The notes: generated by a model not told the origin, from the sequence alone. A stretch of DNA of 63,961 bases, filler included, from Octopus bimaculoides (GCF_001194135.2; 6 parts of 5 records of this genome joined end to end with filler, not necessarily neighbours in it), one strand, 5' to 3'; counted from the first letter of the whole stretch, positions 14,483-27,250 are shown. Numbers and translations are program-made.

Positions 14483-14582
14483 NNNNNNNNNNNNNNNNNN
14501 NNNNNNNNNNNNNNNNNNNNNNNNNNTTAATTAATTAANNNNNNNNNNNNNNNNNNNNNNNNNNNNNNNNNNNNNNNNNNNN
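14483..14582. other. Assembly join: 44 N + TTAATTAATTAA + 44 N; same pad at 25746-25845 and around 41460-41471, 60923-60934 and 62532-62543
   Basis: Identical six-frame-stop pad at five gaps; artificial. Confidence 0.95.
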
Positions 14583-14725
14583 GGGCATCCAGCTGTAGAA
14601 ACTCTGCCAAATTAGATTGGAGCCTGGTGTAGCCATCCGGTTGCACCAGTCCTCAGTCAAATCGTCCAACCCATGCTAGCATGGAAAGCGGACGTTAAAC
14701 GATGATGATGATGATGATGATGATG

Positions 14726-14730
<5 letters not shown>
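14583..14730 (+). mobile_element. RTE-type LINE/SINE 3' end with (GAT)n tail; reverse-orientation copy at ~20620-20930
   Basis: GGGCATCCAGCTGTAGAA...CCAACCCATGCTAGCATGGAAAGCGGACGTTAAACGATGATG. Confidence 0.7.
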
Positions 14731-14756
<26 letters not shown>

Positions 14757-14947
14757 CAACAGGCTTCTTTCAGTTTCTGTCTACCAAATCCACTCACAAG
14801 GCTTTGGTCAGCCCGAGGCTATAGTAGAAGACACTTGCCCAAGGTGCCATACAATGGGACTGAACCTAGAACTATGTGATTGGGAAGCAAGCTTCTTGCC
14901 ACACCTACGCCTATATCTATCTATCTATATATATATATACTCACACG

Positions 14948-14984
<37 letters not shown>

Positions 14985-15091
14985 ATCTTTATGCATGCAT
15001 AAGTATGTTGATACATATGCATACATATATTCATACACACACATTCTGAAAAAACGTTCCTTCAAAGACATATATACACTCACATATTGTT

Positions 15092-15142
<51 letters not shown>

Positions 15143-16013
15143 TTGTTTGTTTAGCAAACTACCACTTTACTGATATTAGGAGATTATATCTTCATCATCG
15201 ACATGATCATTTATATTTTCAAATTTTTCCTTGACATCTCATTCCATTGTATTTTGTGTTTCGTTTTTTCTTTTAATTTAGTTTGCAATGAGAAACAATA
15301 TAAGGATTACATAATTCACCAGGAAAAAAATAAAACAAAAATTAACAGAGAGGCCAAAAAGATTGAATATGCTCAAAGTGAAAGTCAAAAAGAAAATGGA
15401 AAACAAAAACACAATTTTAGTAAATCGTTGAATACATCAAATCAACATTATGAATTTGTTTAACATACTTTTTATGTTAGAAATATTTCATTTGGAGATT
15501 GAAATGAGAGGAAAATTATATTTAACTAAATAGAATTTTGATAAATAAATACATTAATTAAATTTGAATAATTCCTGCNNNNNNNNNNNNNNNNNNNNNN
15601 NNNNNNNNNNNNNNNNNNNNNNNNNNNNNNNNNNNNNNNNNNNNNNNNNNNNNNNNNNNNNNNNNNNNNNNNNNNNNNNNNNNNNNNNNNNNNNNNNNNN
15701 NNNNNNNNNNNNNNNNNNNNNNNNNNNNNNNNNNNNNNNNNNNNNNNNNNNNNNNNNNNNNNNNNNNNNNNNNNNNNNNNNNNNNNNNNNNNNNNNNNNN
15801 NNNNNNNNNNNNNNNNNNNNNNNNNNNNNNNNCCTCTATACTTTTGTGTGTCAGACTCAAGGGTCCTATTTAAGGTGCAGGCATAGATGTGTAAAGAAGC
15901 TTGCTTCTCAACCATTTGGTTTTGGGTTCAATCCCATTGCTTGGTACCTTCAACAAGTGTCTTCTACTGTAGCCCCAGGCTGGATATAGTAGATAGGAAA
16001 ATGAAAGAAGCTA

Positions 16014-16053
<40 letters not shown>

Positions 16054-16794
16054 TCCTGGATATGAAATGAGTGTGTCACTGTCATACCAAGCACTGTCCC
16101 CTGAATGACAGTGGGGAAATTTTAGTCAAACAAATCGATCCCAGTGCATATTTTATCCTTTTTAAGCCTGCTACGCTTTTTCTATCAGTCACTTTTTGCC
16201 ACTTCTCAGTTACAGGGACATAAACAAACCACTACTGGTTGTCTAGCAGTAGTGAGGTACAAACACAGTTATTAACAGATGCTCTCATAGATATATACTT
16301 ATCTATATTTATAAACACATCCATTGGGCTTCTTTCAATTTCTGCTTCCTAAATTTACTCACAAAGTTTTGGTCAGTTCAGGACTGTAGTAAAAGACAGT
16401 TACCCAAAGTGCCACACGGTGGGACTGGACCTGAAGCCATGTGGTTGGGAAGCAAACAGCTCAATCACGCAGCCCTTGTCTTTCTTATATAAATGAGCGA
16501 TCCTACTTCATGTTGGAAGGATTGGCTTTCTGATTAATTCTTTTACAGTTATTTCACTCCACCTCTTTCCGGATCAAGCAGATCCACAATGAAATGTTTT
16601 CCAACCATGACCTTCTAGCCTTTGTTTTTCTTTTTGTATATCAACCACAGTGTTATCGAATGTATACTTCTTTATTTAAAACTTCAGGATGTGCTTTGAG
16701 GGTCATTTAACTGCTATTTCTTGCTGGTCCAGTGGCCATGTTGGCTTGGTTCCTGAGTTGTGTCTGAATTGTTTTTTCATTCCATTGGTTACAA

Positions 16795-17133
16795 TGATGA
16801 GGGTTCCAGTTGATTCGATCAACGGAACATGCAAGTGGCTGAGCACTCTACAGACACGTGTACCCTTGATGTAGTTCTTGGAGATTCAGCATGACACAGA
16901 GTGTGACAAGGATGACCCTTTGAAACAGAAGTACAACAGAAACAGGAAGAAAGAGTGAGAGAAAGTTGTGGTGAAAGAGTACAGCAGGGTTTGCCACCGT
17001 CCCCTGCTGGAGCCTCGTGAAGCTTTAGGTGTTTTCGCTCAATAAACACTCACAACACCCGGTGTGGGAATTGAAACTGTGATCCTATGAATGTGAGTCC
17101 GCTGCCCTAACCACTAGGCCATTGCGCCTCCAC
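16795..17133 (-). mobile_element. tRNA-derived SINE, family C (CpG-decayed copy)
   Basis: Aligns along its length with 62155-62487; reverse-complement tRNA-like head at ~17070-17133. Confidence 0.85.
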
Positions 17134-17221
17134 TGTGTCTGAATAGGTGTGAAATGTAATCTTAATCAATTAAAAAAAAAAGAAAAATATCCAGCACTAT
17201 CAAGGTGTGAGTATTTAATTG

Positions 17222-17259
<38 letters not shown>

Positions 17260-17992
17260 ATTTATCACCCCATCATCATCTTTACATTGTATTATCTCCA
17301 TCATTTTAATCCTTATTAATACCAACTTCAGAAGAGGGTTATGGTCCTGGGCCAGGATGAAACTTCAGATATTATTTCTCTGATGTAGATCTACTACAGC
17401 AGAGGAAAGTGACACAAATTACCACCACCAGCACCACTACTGCTGCTCCACTACCACCACCATCATCACCATCACTGCCACAGCTGCTACAACTACCACC
17501 ACCACCATCACCGCCAACAACAAGAACAAAACAATAAACATGCCAAGGCTGCCTCTTTGCAATTGCTCAAAATGCTAGAATTAGCAGCCAGATTTCCCTC
17601 GAATCACACTCTTCCATTCTAAACTGGAAGTGTACAGTGAACTACATAGTGCCTGATGTGCAAACAGACAGGATGGTCAAGGCTGGAATGCGTCTGGATC
17701 ATATGTTTGTTCAATAAGGGTTGACCATCTGTCATCATCATCACCATCATCATCATCGCTATTCTTTTACTTGTTTCAGTCATTTGACTGTGGCCATGCT
17801 GGAGCACTGCCTTGAGGGGTTTTAGTTGAACAAATTGACCCCACGATTTATCTTTTAAGCCTAGTCCTGATTCTATCAGTCTCTTTTTGCTGAACCGCTA
17901 AGTTATGGGAACGTAAACACACCAACACCAGTTGTCAAGTGATGATGGGGGTCAAACACACACACACACACACACACTCACANNNNNNNNNN

Positions 17993-18034
<42 letters not shown>

Positions 18035-20089
18035 GTATTCAATGGGCTTCTTTCAATTTCCATCTACCAAATCCACTCACAAGGCTTTGGTCGGCCCAAG
18101 GTTATAGTAGAAATCATTTGCTCAAGGTGCCACTCAATGGGACTGAACATGGAACCGTGTGGTTGGGAAGCAAGCTTCTTACTGCACAGCCATCATAATT
18201 TTTATGTGCCATCATTTTCAACATCTCCCCCTTCACTACCATCACCTTCACTACCATCCTCAACAATAGTCACTCACATGACCACCACCACCATCTTCAT
18301 CACATCTTTCCTCAAAAATTCAGGCACCACCACCATGCACCCACCCTCTTCTACCACCACTACCACCAACACCACCACCACCCCTACATCCACCCTCCTC
18401 TACCACCGTTTGTCAATCATACTGTGTATACATTGTTCAGTGCCAAGCTTAGCTCCAGACAGATAATTTTTGTTAAATGCAATAATTACAATATAGATGA
18501 TCAAACAGGTTTCCATGGCAACTACCTCACATGGAGGTGAGGTAAATGATACAAAAGTATTATTAATTATGTACAAGAAGTGGGAGATTAACAAGAGGTG
18601 TTCTTTGCATATTAAAACACAGAAATATAAAAAAAAAAAAATGCCGATAATGCTTTGAGTCTAAAATTATACTAAATTGTTGGCAAAATAGATAAAAGAT
18701 CGTTACATAAATAGATAATGTTTCAATGACGTTTTGCCTTGGCATAAAGCCACTTATGTATTATGGAGAGATATGGTCGATTCAGTTGATTCCCAATGAA
18801 AGAAATACCAACAGTTACTTGTGTTTTTTGAGCTTGGAGAGATAAACGGTTTAGTTGGTCCTCGAAGGATTTGATCTCAGGATATAATGGGTCCTAAATA
18901 CATATTAGTTTCAATTTTTAGCACAAGGCCAGCTAAGTTGATTACATTGACCCCAGTACACAACTGGTACTTATTTTGTCAGCCCTGAAACGATGAAAGG
19001 CAAAGTCAACCTCAGAAGGATTTGAACTCAGAACGTGAAGATGGACAAAATGCTGCTAAGCATTTCGCCTGCTGCTAACATTACTTAGTCATCAGGGATT
19101 GCAACCCAGAGAAAATAAGAATGATTGTTCTTAACATGAGCACAAGGTGAGAAATTTGTGAATGATGGGTTAGTCAAGCAATTTGATTGCAGTGGTTGAC
19201 TAACACTTCATTTTATTGATTCCAGGACAATGAAAAGCAGCGTTGACACAAGCTCAATTTGAACACAGAATGCACAGAGTTAGAATGAACACTCTGAGCC
19301 ATTCCTCACTTTTACCAGTTGTATACTGGAAGGATAAACGATAAAGTTGAACTCCTTCAGGATTTTATTTCAGAAATTTAGCAGGGGACCCTAAATACAG
19401 TGGCATGTAGACATCAGAATTGGTAAAGTTGGAAAGAATATCCTGTGGTCACTTGATGCATCTCATCCTTTCACATCATCATCATCATCATCATCATCGT
19501 TTTAACTTCTGCTTTGCTATGCAAGCATGGAAAAGTAGTTGTTAAAGTGAGTCCTTCAAAATTTGTTGAAGCAAATTTTCTACAGTCTGATGCCTTTCCT
19601 GTCACTAACCCTCACTCGTTTCCAAATGAGGTAATATTTCTTCCATGGCCAGGCATGTTTTTCATGCTAATGATGCTCATTTACGACCATCACATAATGT
19701 CAAGACAAGGGTACAAACAAACACACATGCACACACACATGCATACACAATGGACTTCTGATCACCATATCCACTGACAAGCCTTTGTTTGGCCTGGGGC
19801 TATACCAGAAAACACTTGCCCAAGGTGCCACATGGTGTGATTGAACTCAAGACCATATGGTTAGGAAGCAAGCTTCTGGACCATATAGTCATGCCTGTGT
19901 CACAGTCAATAAAACAAGTACAATGATTAATGCAAGGAGGTGCCCCAGTATGACCTCAGTCTAATAACTGAAGCGACAGAAAGAATAAAAGAAGGTTCAG
20001 AAATGTGGATTTTGTGTGCAACCCATGCAATCTTTCCTTTTTCCCATCTTTGTCTTCTTTAACATTTTGGTTCTCATTTCACTTTTTAG

Positions 20090-20207
20090 CCTTGATTTAT
20101 ATCAGCCGAGTGAAAAGGTTGTCCGTCGGATCGAACGTCCCAACTGGTTACTACAGTCAGGCCAAGAAAACCGATCAGTTTGGATGATAGTCACACCAAA
20201 AGTTGTC
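20090..20207 (+). CDS. LMLN: Invadolysin / leishmanolysin-like peptidase, internal exon (LDLYQPSEKVVRRIERPNWLLQSGQENRSVWMIVTPKVV)
   Basis: Pyrimidine tract and TTTTTAG acceptor, GTAAGC donor; resembles human LMLN LGLYQWSDKVVRKVER...VYLLVTPRVV (recalled); phase 0 join to the next exon. Confidence 0.9.
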
Positions 20208-20983
20208 GTAAGCTCAAATTTTCATCCAAATATTCAAAACTAATTCTTCTTATTTATTCTTCCTTATTTCCAGCAGCTTTTTTTTGTGATTCTTTTTGAT
20301 TTCTCTTTACATTTTTGAGGTTGTTTTTGATATGAAAAGTGACAAAGTATCTTTTGTTGTTGTTGTTGTGAATTAGTTTTACTCTTATCTTTTCATTATG
20401 GCTGTTGTGAATTTGTTGTGGTATATTCTGTTGTTAATTTTGTTTCTACAGTTTTATATTTAAGAGATGAGGAATTATGTAAATAATGTACGTAATTCCT
20501 CATCTCTTAAATATAGAACTGTATTATCGAATTAGTACAGAGCTGACACAAGACTTCAGTGGAGACATATAGAGAAACTCCATCAAAAACTAGCTCGTCT
20601 TTCAAACCATCTAACTTTCCTGTGTCATCATCATGATCTTCATTTAATGTCCACTTTCCATGCTGGCATGGGTTGGACGGTTTGACTGAAGACTGGTGAG
20701 CCAGAAGGTTGCACCGGGCTCCAATCTGATCTGGCGAAGCTTCTACAGCTGGATGCCCTTCCTAATGCCAACCACTCCGAGAGTGTAGTGGGTGCTTTTA
20801 CGTACTACTGGCACGAGGGCCAGTCAGGCAGTTCTTGCAATGACCACGCTCAAAAGGTGATTTTTACGTGCTACCTGCACGGGAGCCAGTCCAGCGGCAC
20901 TGGCAATGACCACACTCGAATTTGGTATGGCTGACTGTATGTTGAAGTTGTTTTGATAATAGTACTTTTTAGCACTGGAGGCA

Positions 20984-21032
<49 letters not shown>

Positions 21033-21971
21033 AGAAATATACAGACAGAGAGAAAGAGGGAACGAGAGAACGGGGAGAAAGAGGGACGTTATAATTTATT
21101 AATTGAACATGATTGGTATATATACACTTTACCCTCTCTTCAGACACATAAAGGGAAATACAAACAAAACCAGAAAAGGCAACAGGGGGAGAATATGGGA
21201 AACAATAATATCAAATAAATCAAATGAACGATGCCAAATAGGCAGGAAAACACAGCCAAAATGTCTCCTATGTATCCTTAGATACTTTTCAAGGAATTTT
21301 GTTGCAAACATTTGGCTAGATTCCCTTTTGCAGATAACTTCATCATTTCAGTATCAGAGATCCTAAAAGAAAGAAAAATGGTTCATAAGCTAAACTCTAC
21401 TTTCTGATGGAACAACAGAAAATGTCTTTGAATTTTATATGTGTTTGTGTGTGAATTTTGTTGAGATTCTAAAATTATGAATATTGTTTTTAATTAGGAA
21501 TTTTCCTCTCCTGAAGAGGTCAATAGTCTCCATTTTGTCTCTAATGTTAGTTTATTTGTATTTTTCATTTATTTAAATTCTGATACTTATTTTATCGATT
21601 CTTTTTGCCAAACCACTAAGTTATGTGGATGTAAACAAACCAACACTGGTTGTCAAGCAGTGGTGGGAGACAAACACACACACACATACACAACAGGTTT
21701 CTCTCAGTTTCCATCTACTCAATCCACTCGCAAGGCTTTGGTCAGCCTGAGGCTATAGTCAAACACACTTGCCCAAGGTGCCATGCAGTGAGACTGAACC
21801 TGGGACCCTGTGATTGGGAAGTAAACTCCTTACTGCAGAATAGCACAGTAAAAACTAAAGAACTAACTTTAAAACCAATTCTTTTTTGACTGTGACGTCA
21901 TATTTTTACCCACAAAAGATCAAGACTCAAATTCATCAGCCATTTCTTTATTCTAATCTTTATCTTTGCAG

Positions 21972-22109
21972 GAAGAGGTTCGTCGTCATTTCAATTGTTC
22001 AACATTAGAAGGAGCTGAACTTGAGGACCAACTAATGAATGGCAAAACTTTGGCTGATGGTCTCATTGATGGTACAGCTTTTACTCATTGGGAGAAACGA
22101 GTATTTGAG
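21972..22109 (+). CDS. LMLN: Invadolysin exon carrying the third Zn-ligand His (EEVRRHFNCSTLEGAELEDQLMNGKTLADGLIDGTAFTHWEKRVFE)
   Basis: TTTGCAG acceptor, GTATGT donor, 138 nt; M8 signatures LEGxELEDQ and HWEKR; His codon at 22086-22088. Confidence 0.96.
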
Positions 22110-22740
22110 GTATGTACATATTACTGGTATTTGTTCGCTTTTCTTACTCAGACTGATCTAGAATCTAGCAAACAAATGCTCTCTCCTAAAATAGAGAATA
22201 GAGTGCTCTTCTGTGTTACTGAGATAAGGGACTGTTAAGATTATTCCCTATGCTAGCTGGGGGTCTACTGAGGTTATTCTCCAGTGCAGAATAATTAACC
22301 TCTGAGAAAAAGGCAACGAGCTGGTAGAATCGTTAGTCTGCTGGACAAATGCTTAGTGGTATTTCATCTGTCTTTAGGTTCTGAGTTCAAATTCCGCTGA
22401 GGTTAACTTCACCTTGCATTCTTTTGGGGTCAGTAAAATAAGCACCAATCGAGTACTGGGGTCAATGTAATCACCTGCCCCCACCCTCTCCCCAAATTTC
22501 AAGCATTCTGTCTTTAATAGAAAGGATTATTATCTCCAACAAAGAAATGGTCTCCCAAAACTGATTTAAAGAATTAGTGTTTTGCAGTCATTCTTTTGTA
22601 TTTCTTGTCATGGATTTGAATATTTTTTATTGAAACTGCTCTTGTTATTCAAAAACTTCATAAAAGATTAATTATTGTAATAACAAACATTAATTTCATT
22701 TCTTAATTAATTTTCTTAATGTTTTTCACTTTATTTCCAG

Positions 22741-22817
22741 AATGAAGCTATGACTGGCACCTACACCCAGAATCCTGTTATCTCTCGAATCACATTGGCA
22801 TTAATGGAAGACACTGG
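22741..22817 (+). CDS. LMLN: Invadolysin exon carrying the Met-turn ([26 protein letters not shown])
   Basis: TTTCCAG acceptor, GG|GTAGGT donor; close to human [26 protein letters not shown] (recalled). Confidence 0.97.
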
Positions 22818-23328
22818 GTAGGTTGTTGTCATTGTTGTTGTTGGTGGTGGTGGTGATGGTGTGGTGGTGGCGATGGTGGTGGTGTTTAGCTCCAGGTAAC
22901 TGTTCTCTATTCTATATCACCAAAGCAGACATGATCAAAAGCATTCAAGCTGTGACCATATTATCATGAGAGGATTTGGCTGTTATGTTTAGCAGTTCAT
23001 GCAACCTCATAGAGGCTCTCTTATTGGCTTTGTTTTGATTTGATAAGCATTATCATTATTTATATTAATTAAGATTGTGAGCTGGCAAACTCATTAGGCT
23101 GCAGGGCAAAATGCTTAGAAGCTTTTTTTCCAACTTTATTGTTCTGAGTTCAAATTCTACTGAAATCATCTTTGCCTTTCGTCATTTCGAGGTCGATAAA
23201 ATAAGTACCAATTAGACACTGGGGGTTGATGTAATCGACTTGCCCTGCCTCCCCTGAAATTGCTGGCTTTGTGCCAAAATTTGAAACCATTATTAGTTTC
23301 AGATTGTGGAGATGACGTAGGTTCTTAA

Positions 23329-23549
23329 CCCTTTCGTTACCAACCCGGCTGAAGCTGGCTCTAGCTCTGAGTACAAATGTCCTATTTTCATAAGTTCTGA
23401 ATTAAAATCTTACACCAAACTTTAGTCACAATTTATGTTCCTAACACCAGCTTAATGATAATTAAGTTATTTTACTAAATTCTTTGTTATATTTAAAATT
23501 AATTGAAAGAAATACAGAGCATCTCAAAATAAATACAGCAACATAAGGG
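23329..23549. mobile_element. piggyBac-type MITE in an LMLN intron
   Basis: TTAA|CCCTTTCGTTAC ... GCAACATAAGGG|TTAA; TTAA TSD with CCC/GGG termini. Confidence 0.7.
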
Positions 23550-23996
23550 TTAAAGTAATTAACCATCTGTGTTAAAACTTAAGCTGCTAGAAATAGTAGC
23601 CAAATTTTCCTCAAAACATACCATACTCTATTTAAAACATATAGAACACATTGCATAATGTAGTTTTAGAAAAACTGTTTAGATAAAAAGCAGGATGGTC
23701 ACAGCTGGAATGCTTTTTATCATAGGTCTTCTCAATAATCGCAGACATAATTAAATACTTTTAAGTACTTAATTCCATTAGTTATTATCACACTTGAACC
23801 AATTTGACTTTTCCTTTTCTGGCATAGAGGTGCAGTAATAAAATAACTACCAGTAATACACGAGGGTTTATACAATTGCAAATCCTTCCTTATTGTAATT
23901 AGCCTTTATTTTTGTTATAATGTATTTGTTATTCCAGTTGTCAGTTCTCCGCCTGTTTTTATTAAAGCTTGGTTGTTGTTGTTGATCGTTTCACAG

Positions 23997-24107
23997 TTGG
24001 TACCGAGTGAATTATGATAATGCCAAAGAATATGAATGGGGCAAAGACTTGGGATGTGACTTTGTCAAAACTAATTGCTATGAATGGATAAAGAATAAAT
24101 CAGAAAG
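23997..24107 (+). CDS. LMLN: Invadolysin exon (WYRVNYDNAKEYEWGKDLGCDFVKTNCYEWIKNKSE)
   Basis: TTTCACAG acceptor, AG|GTAACC donor, phase 2-2; matches WYKANY...WGRGMGCDFV..C..WI. Confidence 0.95.
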
Positions 24108-24149
24108 GTAACCAATTTTGAATTCTTTAATCTTTTCATGATTATATTT

Positions 24150-25250
24150 CTGAGAAAATAATGAACTAGAGCTACCAGTTAGATTAAAACTAAAAGTATT
24201 GAATGCCACAGATAGAAATAGCAAAGAATTGAAACACAAAAAGAGGTACTTTATTGAAGACCCTTGGTGAGGGATGCTGGAAGAAGGGCTGTGTAAGTTG
24301 TCTAAGACTGGTGAGATGAATGCAGTTAGTGTTCTTGGACATTTGTAAGGTGATAAATACAGGGAAGGCATGTGAAGAGAGAGAATTCTAGAGAGCCACC
24401 ATTCTGGATATAGAAACTAATATGGAGTCCAATGGGAGGACTTAATATGGGGTGATGAAAAATGAATGAGTCAACCACCTCTTCATGGAACAAGAGCCAC
24501 AGCTGAAAGGAAACAGCATGTCTGTGAGCCTGAGACTGGTCTGTGTTTATGAGTGGCTTCATGCCAATCAGTCAAGTGGCCTTTCTTGGGATGTGATCAA
24601 GAATGTGTGTAGGTTTGTGTGTGTGTGTGGAATTGCAACACCTTTCCAAATGCCTGAGTAATACTTCAAAGCAGGTCCCACTTGAAGTTTGTAGAGAATT
24701 TGTGGTTGAATGTGAGGATGAAGTATTTAGCATGGAACTTTCTATGATGCAGTTTCAGTGATATTGAAGATTTGTATTCACCAGATGTTGTGGGTAATGG
24801 TGGAGGCTTAGCACTTTTTAAAACGTTGAGGGTTCTTGTGGTGACATGGTTGTGATAATGTTTTCTTGATATGTATAGGCAGTGTGCCTCTGCTCTGTTT
24901 ACAAAGACATGATTAGCATGACTTCATTGGAGGATATTTTTTAAGGTCTTTGTTCATGGAATCAGATTTACCATGAAGCATAGAGGTTGTACAGAGATGA
25001 TGTTTAGATCCAAAATATTGGGGAAGATTGAAAAGGGGAATCATTGTGTAGAAGTGAGCGTTGGCTGGTGATGATGGTAAAATATAAGACACTGATATAT
25101 GGGAAGAAGGACAAAACTGAATCTTGTGACACCAGAGTTGATAGCTTTGGGCAGTTGAGAAATCGGTTTATTAGCACTGGGATCCAGCACAATGCAAGAC
25201 AAAGAATATTATATACCATCTCTTTCCATGCATGATTCTGTACCTTATTG
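24150..25250 (-). mobile_element. Very old LINE remnant, possibly the endonuclease region
   Basis: Only weak peptide echoes (e.g. TNFKWDLL after an APE-like stretch); many stops. Confidence 0.3.
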
Positions 25251-25432
25251 ACTTGACCATTTGCTGAGTTTCCTCTGAAGATGACCTCTTTAAAGCATAA
25301 TGCAATTAACCAACAAGGGAACCCTCAACATGTTGCTCAGCCTGGTGAATAAAGTAACCCCTACTCATTTTAAATCATACAACACCATCTTAAAACAGTA
25401 AAAAAAACAGTGGATGTGTGTGCTCACATGCA

Positions 25433-25467
<35 letters not shown>

Positions 25468-25745
25468 CTGGGCAGGGAACACTGACGGGGTCGGGGGCGT
25501 AGGAATACTTCTAGCGGAGAAATGGGTGGATAAGGTAATCGAGGTCGTTAGAGTAAGTGACAGAGTACTTAAGATCAGACTAGTGCTTCATCATAGATTA
25601 GCTACTGTCATCTCAGCCTATGCACCTCAACCTGGGCTACCAGATGGTCTGAAAGACCAATTCTATGACACCCTCTTGCAAACTACCTCGTCGACGAGTG
25701 ACAGGGACCTTCTCTTTGTGGCTGGAGACTTCAACGGTCATGTCG
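25468..25745 (+). mobile_element. RTE LINE AP-endonuclease fragment, cut by gap
   Basis: GVGILLAEKWVDKVIEVVRVSDRVLKIRL...VISAYAPQPG...FVAGDFNGHV. Confidence 0.92.
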
Positions 25746-25949
25746 NNNNNNNNNNNNNNNNNNNNNNNNNNNNNNNNNNNNNNNNNNNNTTAATTAATTA
25801 ANNNNNNNNNNNNNNNNNNNNNNNNNNNNNNNNNNNNNNNNNNNNTATATATATATATATTGCAGACATTTTCTATAGGTTCACACAGCAATACACTCAT
25901 AAAATACTCAGCAACAATAGATTGTAATTCCTCTCCTCGTTGCAACTCG

Positions 25950-26660
25950 TTGAATACTTATGTTCGCCCAATGTACGTACATAGTACTGAGGCACTTTAA
26001 CCGATGGTTCACCGAGTTAAATTTGACAGAAAACTTAGTGGCATTTTCGCCCATCACCATACTTGTTGCATACATCCCCACCGCCTCTACTGTCAACATT
26101 ACAAAAGCACATACATATCACCTGAATCCCATCTCTTCTACATTTTTTCATTCCTCTTTCATATGACCTTTTCACTGATCAATTCTACTTCCCGTTTCCG
26201 CCCTTTTTTCCTGTAATGAAACCATATAGACAACTGCTTACATATTTTTCTATCGGGGGCAACAGTTAGTTTTCTAGTGCGACGGTAGTGTCAATGCTGC
26301 GTGTTTAAAATTTTTCGTAACTGTTTCCTGGTGTATATTTGCATTCAACACAATAGCATTATCATTTCGTCTCACACCCAGACGACTTTGGAAGATACGG
26401 TACAAACGATAGATACAGATCTGATTTAAATTCCTTTACGGCATCTAGTTAGCTGTTTTATGATTTCGAATCACGCGAGGAGTATTAGCTTCAACGTTCC
26501 AACCCTTATTCAATATTCATGCATTCACACTATACTAGAATCAATACAGTACACACTAAACGTTTGTTTCTTTTTTCCAACAGAACCGTCGGAAACAGAA
26601 ATACCACTAATATTATACATACTTTTATATCATGAACATTCCATATATCTTTGACGCTTC
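25950..26660. repeat. Diverged ~700-bp direct duplication, copy 1 (copy 2 at ~30360-30960)
   Basis: Collinear shared blocks CGCCCAATGTA, GATGGTTCA.CGAGT.AAATTTGA.AGAAAACTT, CACCATAC, ACCTGAATCCCATCTCT, CTACTTCCCGTTTCCGCCC, AACTGTTTCCTGGTGTATATTTGCA, AAATTCCTTTACGG. Confidence 0.85.
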
Positions 26661-27022
26661 AGTATTTTACAGGTTTCAGGATTGAATCCCCTAGCGGATT
26701 ACATTGAACCTAGTACTTACTTCGTGATTATTTTATCCATCCTGAAAAGGTGAAAGATAAAGTTGCTCGAGACAAGAATTACACTCGGTAATCAATGAAC
26801 GTTCTAAACACTCTAGGGATTCTGCCATCCACCAACCTAATAATCATAATAATAATAATAATGATAATAATAATAATAATAATAGTAATAATAATAATAA
26901 TAATAATTTATCGACTCCGAAAGTATGAAAGGCAAAGTCGACCTCGGTGGAAATCGAACTCCGTGCACAAAGACAGGCGAAATGCCGCGACGCAATTTGC
27001 CAGGCATACTAACGATTATTTC

Positions 27023-27054
<32 letters not shown>

Positions 27055-27250
27055 TGATGATATGTATGTGTGTATACATGGATACATAATATGCACATAA
27101 ACGTACATATATACATGTGTATGTGTGTTTCTGTGTGTGCATAAATGTTAAATATAGCTAAAGAAGTGATTTTAAATTCTCAAACGCAGGATAATGCTAA
27201 TAATATAGCCCGAACAGGATAAGCTACCCCTATTTTGCAGAAAAAAGTGT

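Larger units (their letters stand above)
14757..21840. mobile_element. Cluster of SINE family A copies: 14757-14905(-), 15885-16000(+), 16090-16475(-), 17755-18200(-), 19590-19900(-), 21590-21840(-)
   Basis: Each matches 50471-50935 (CCAAATCCACTCACAAGGCTTTGGTC...CACTTGCCCAAGGTGCCA...GGAAGCAAG). Confidence 0.85.

Noticed and set aside
14527-14538. Recurrent palindrome TTAATTAATTAA
   Set aside because: Artificial six-frame-stop linker centred in 100-bp gap pads.
15272-15463. Possible terminal exon (VCNEKQYKDY...HYEFV*)
   Set aside because: A-rich low-complexity frame with no recognisable homology; cannot be tied to LMLN.
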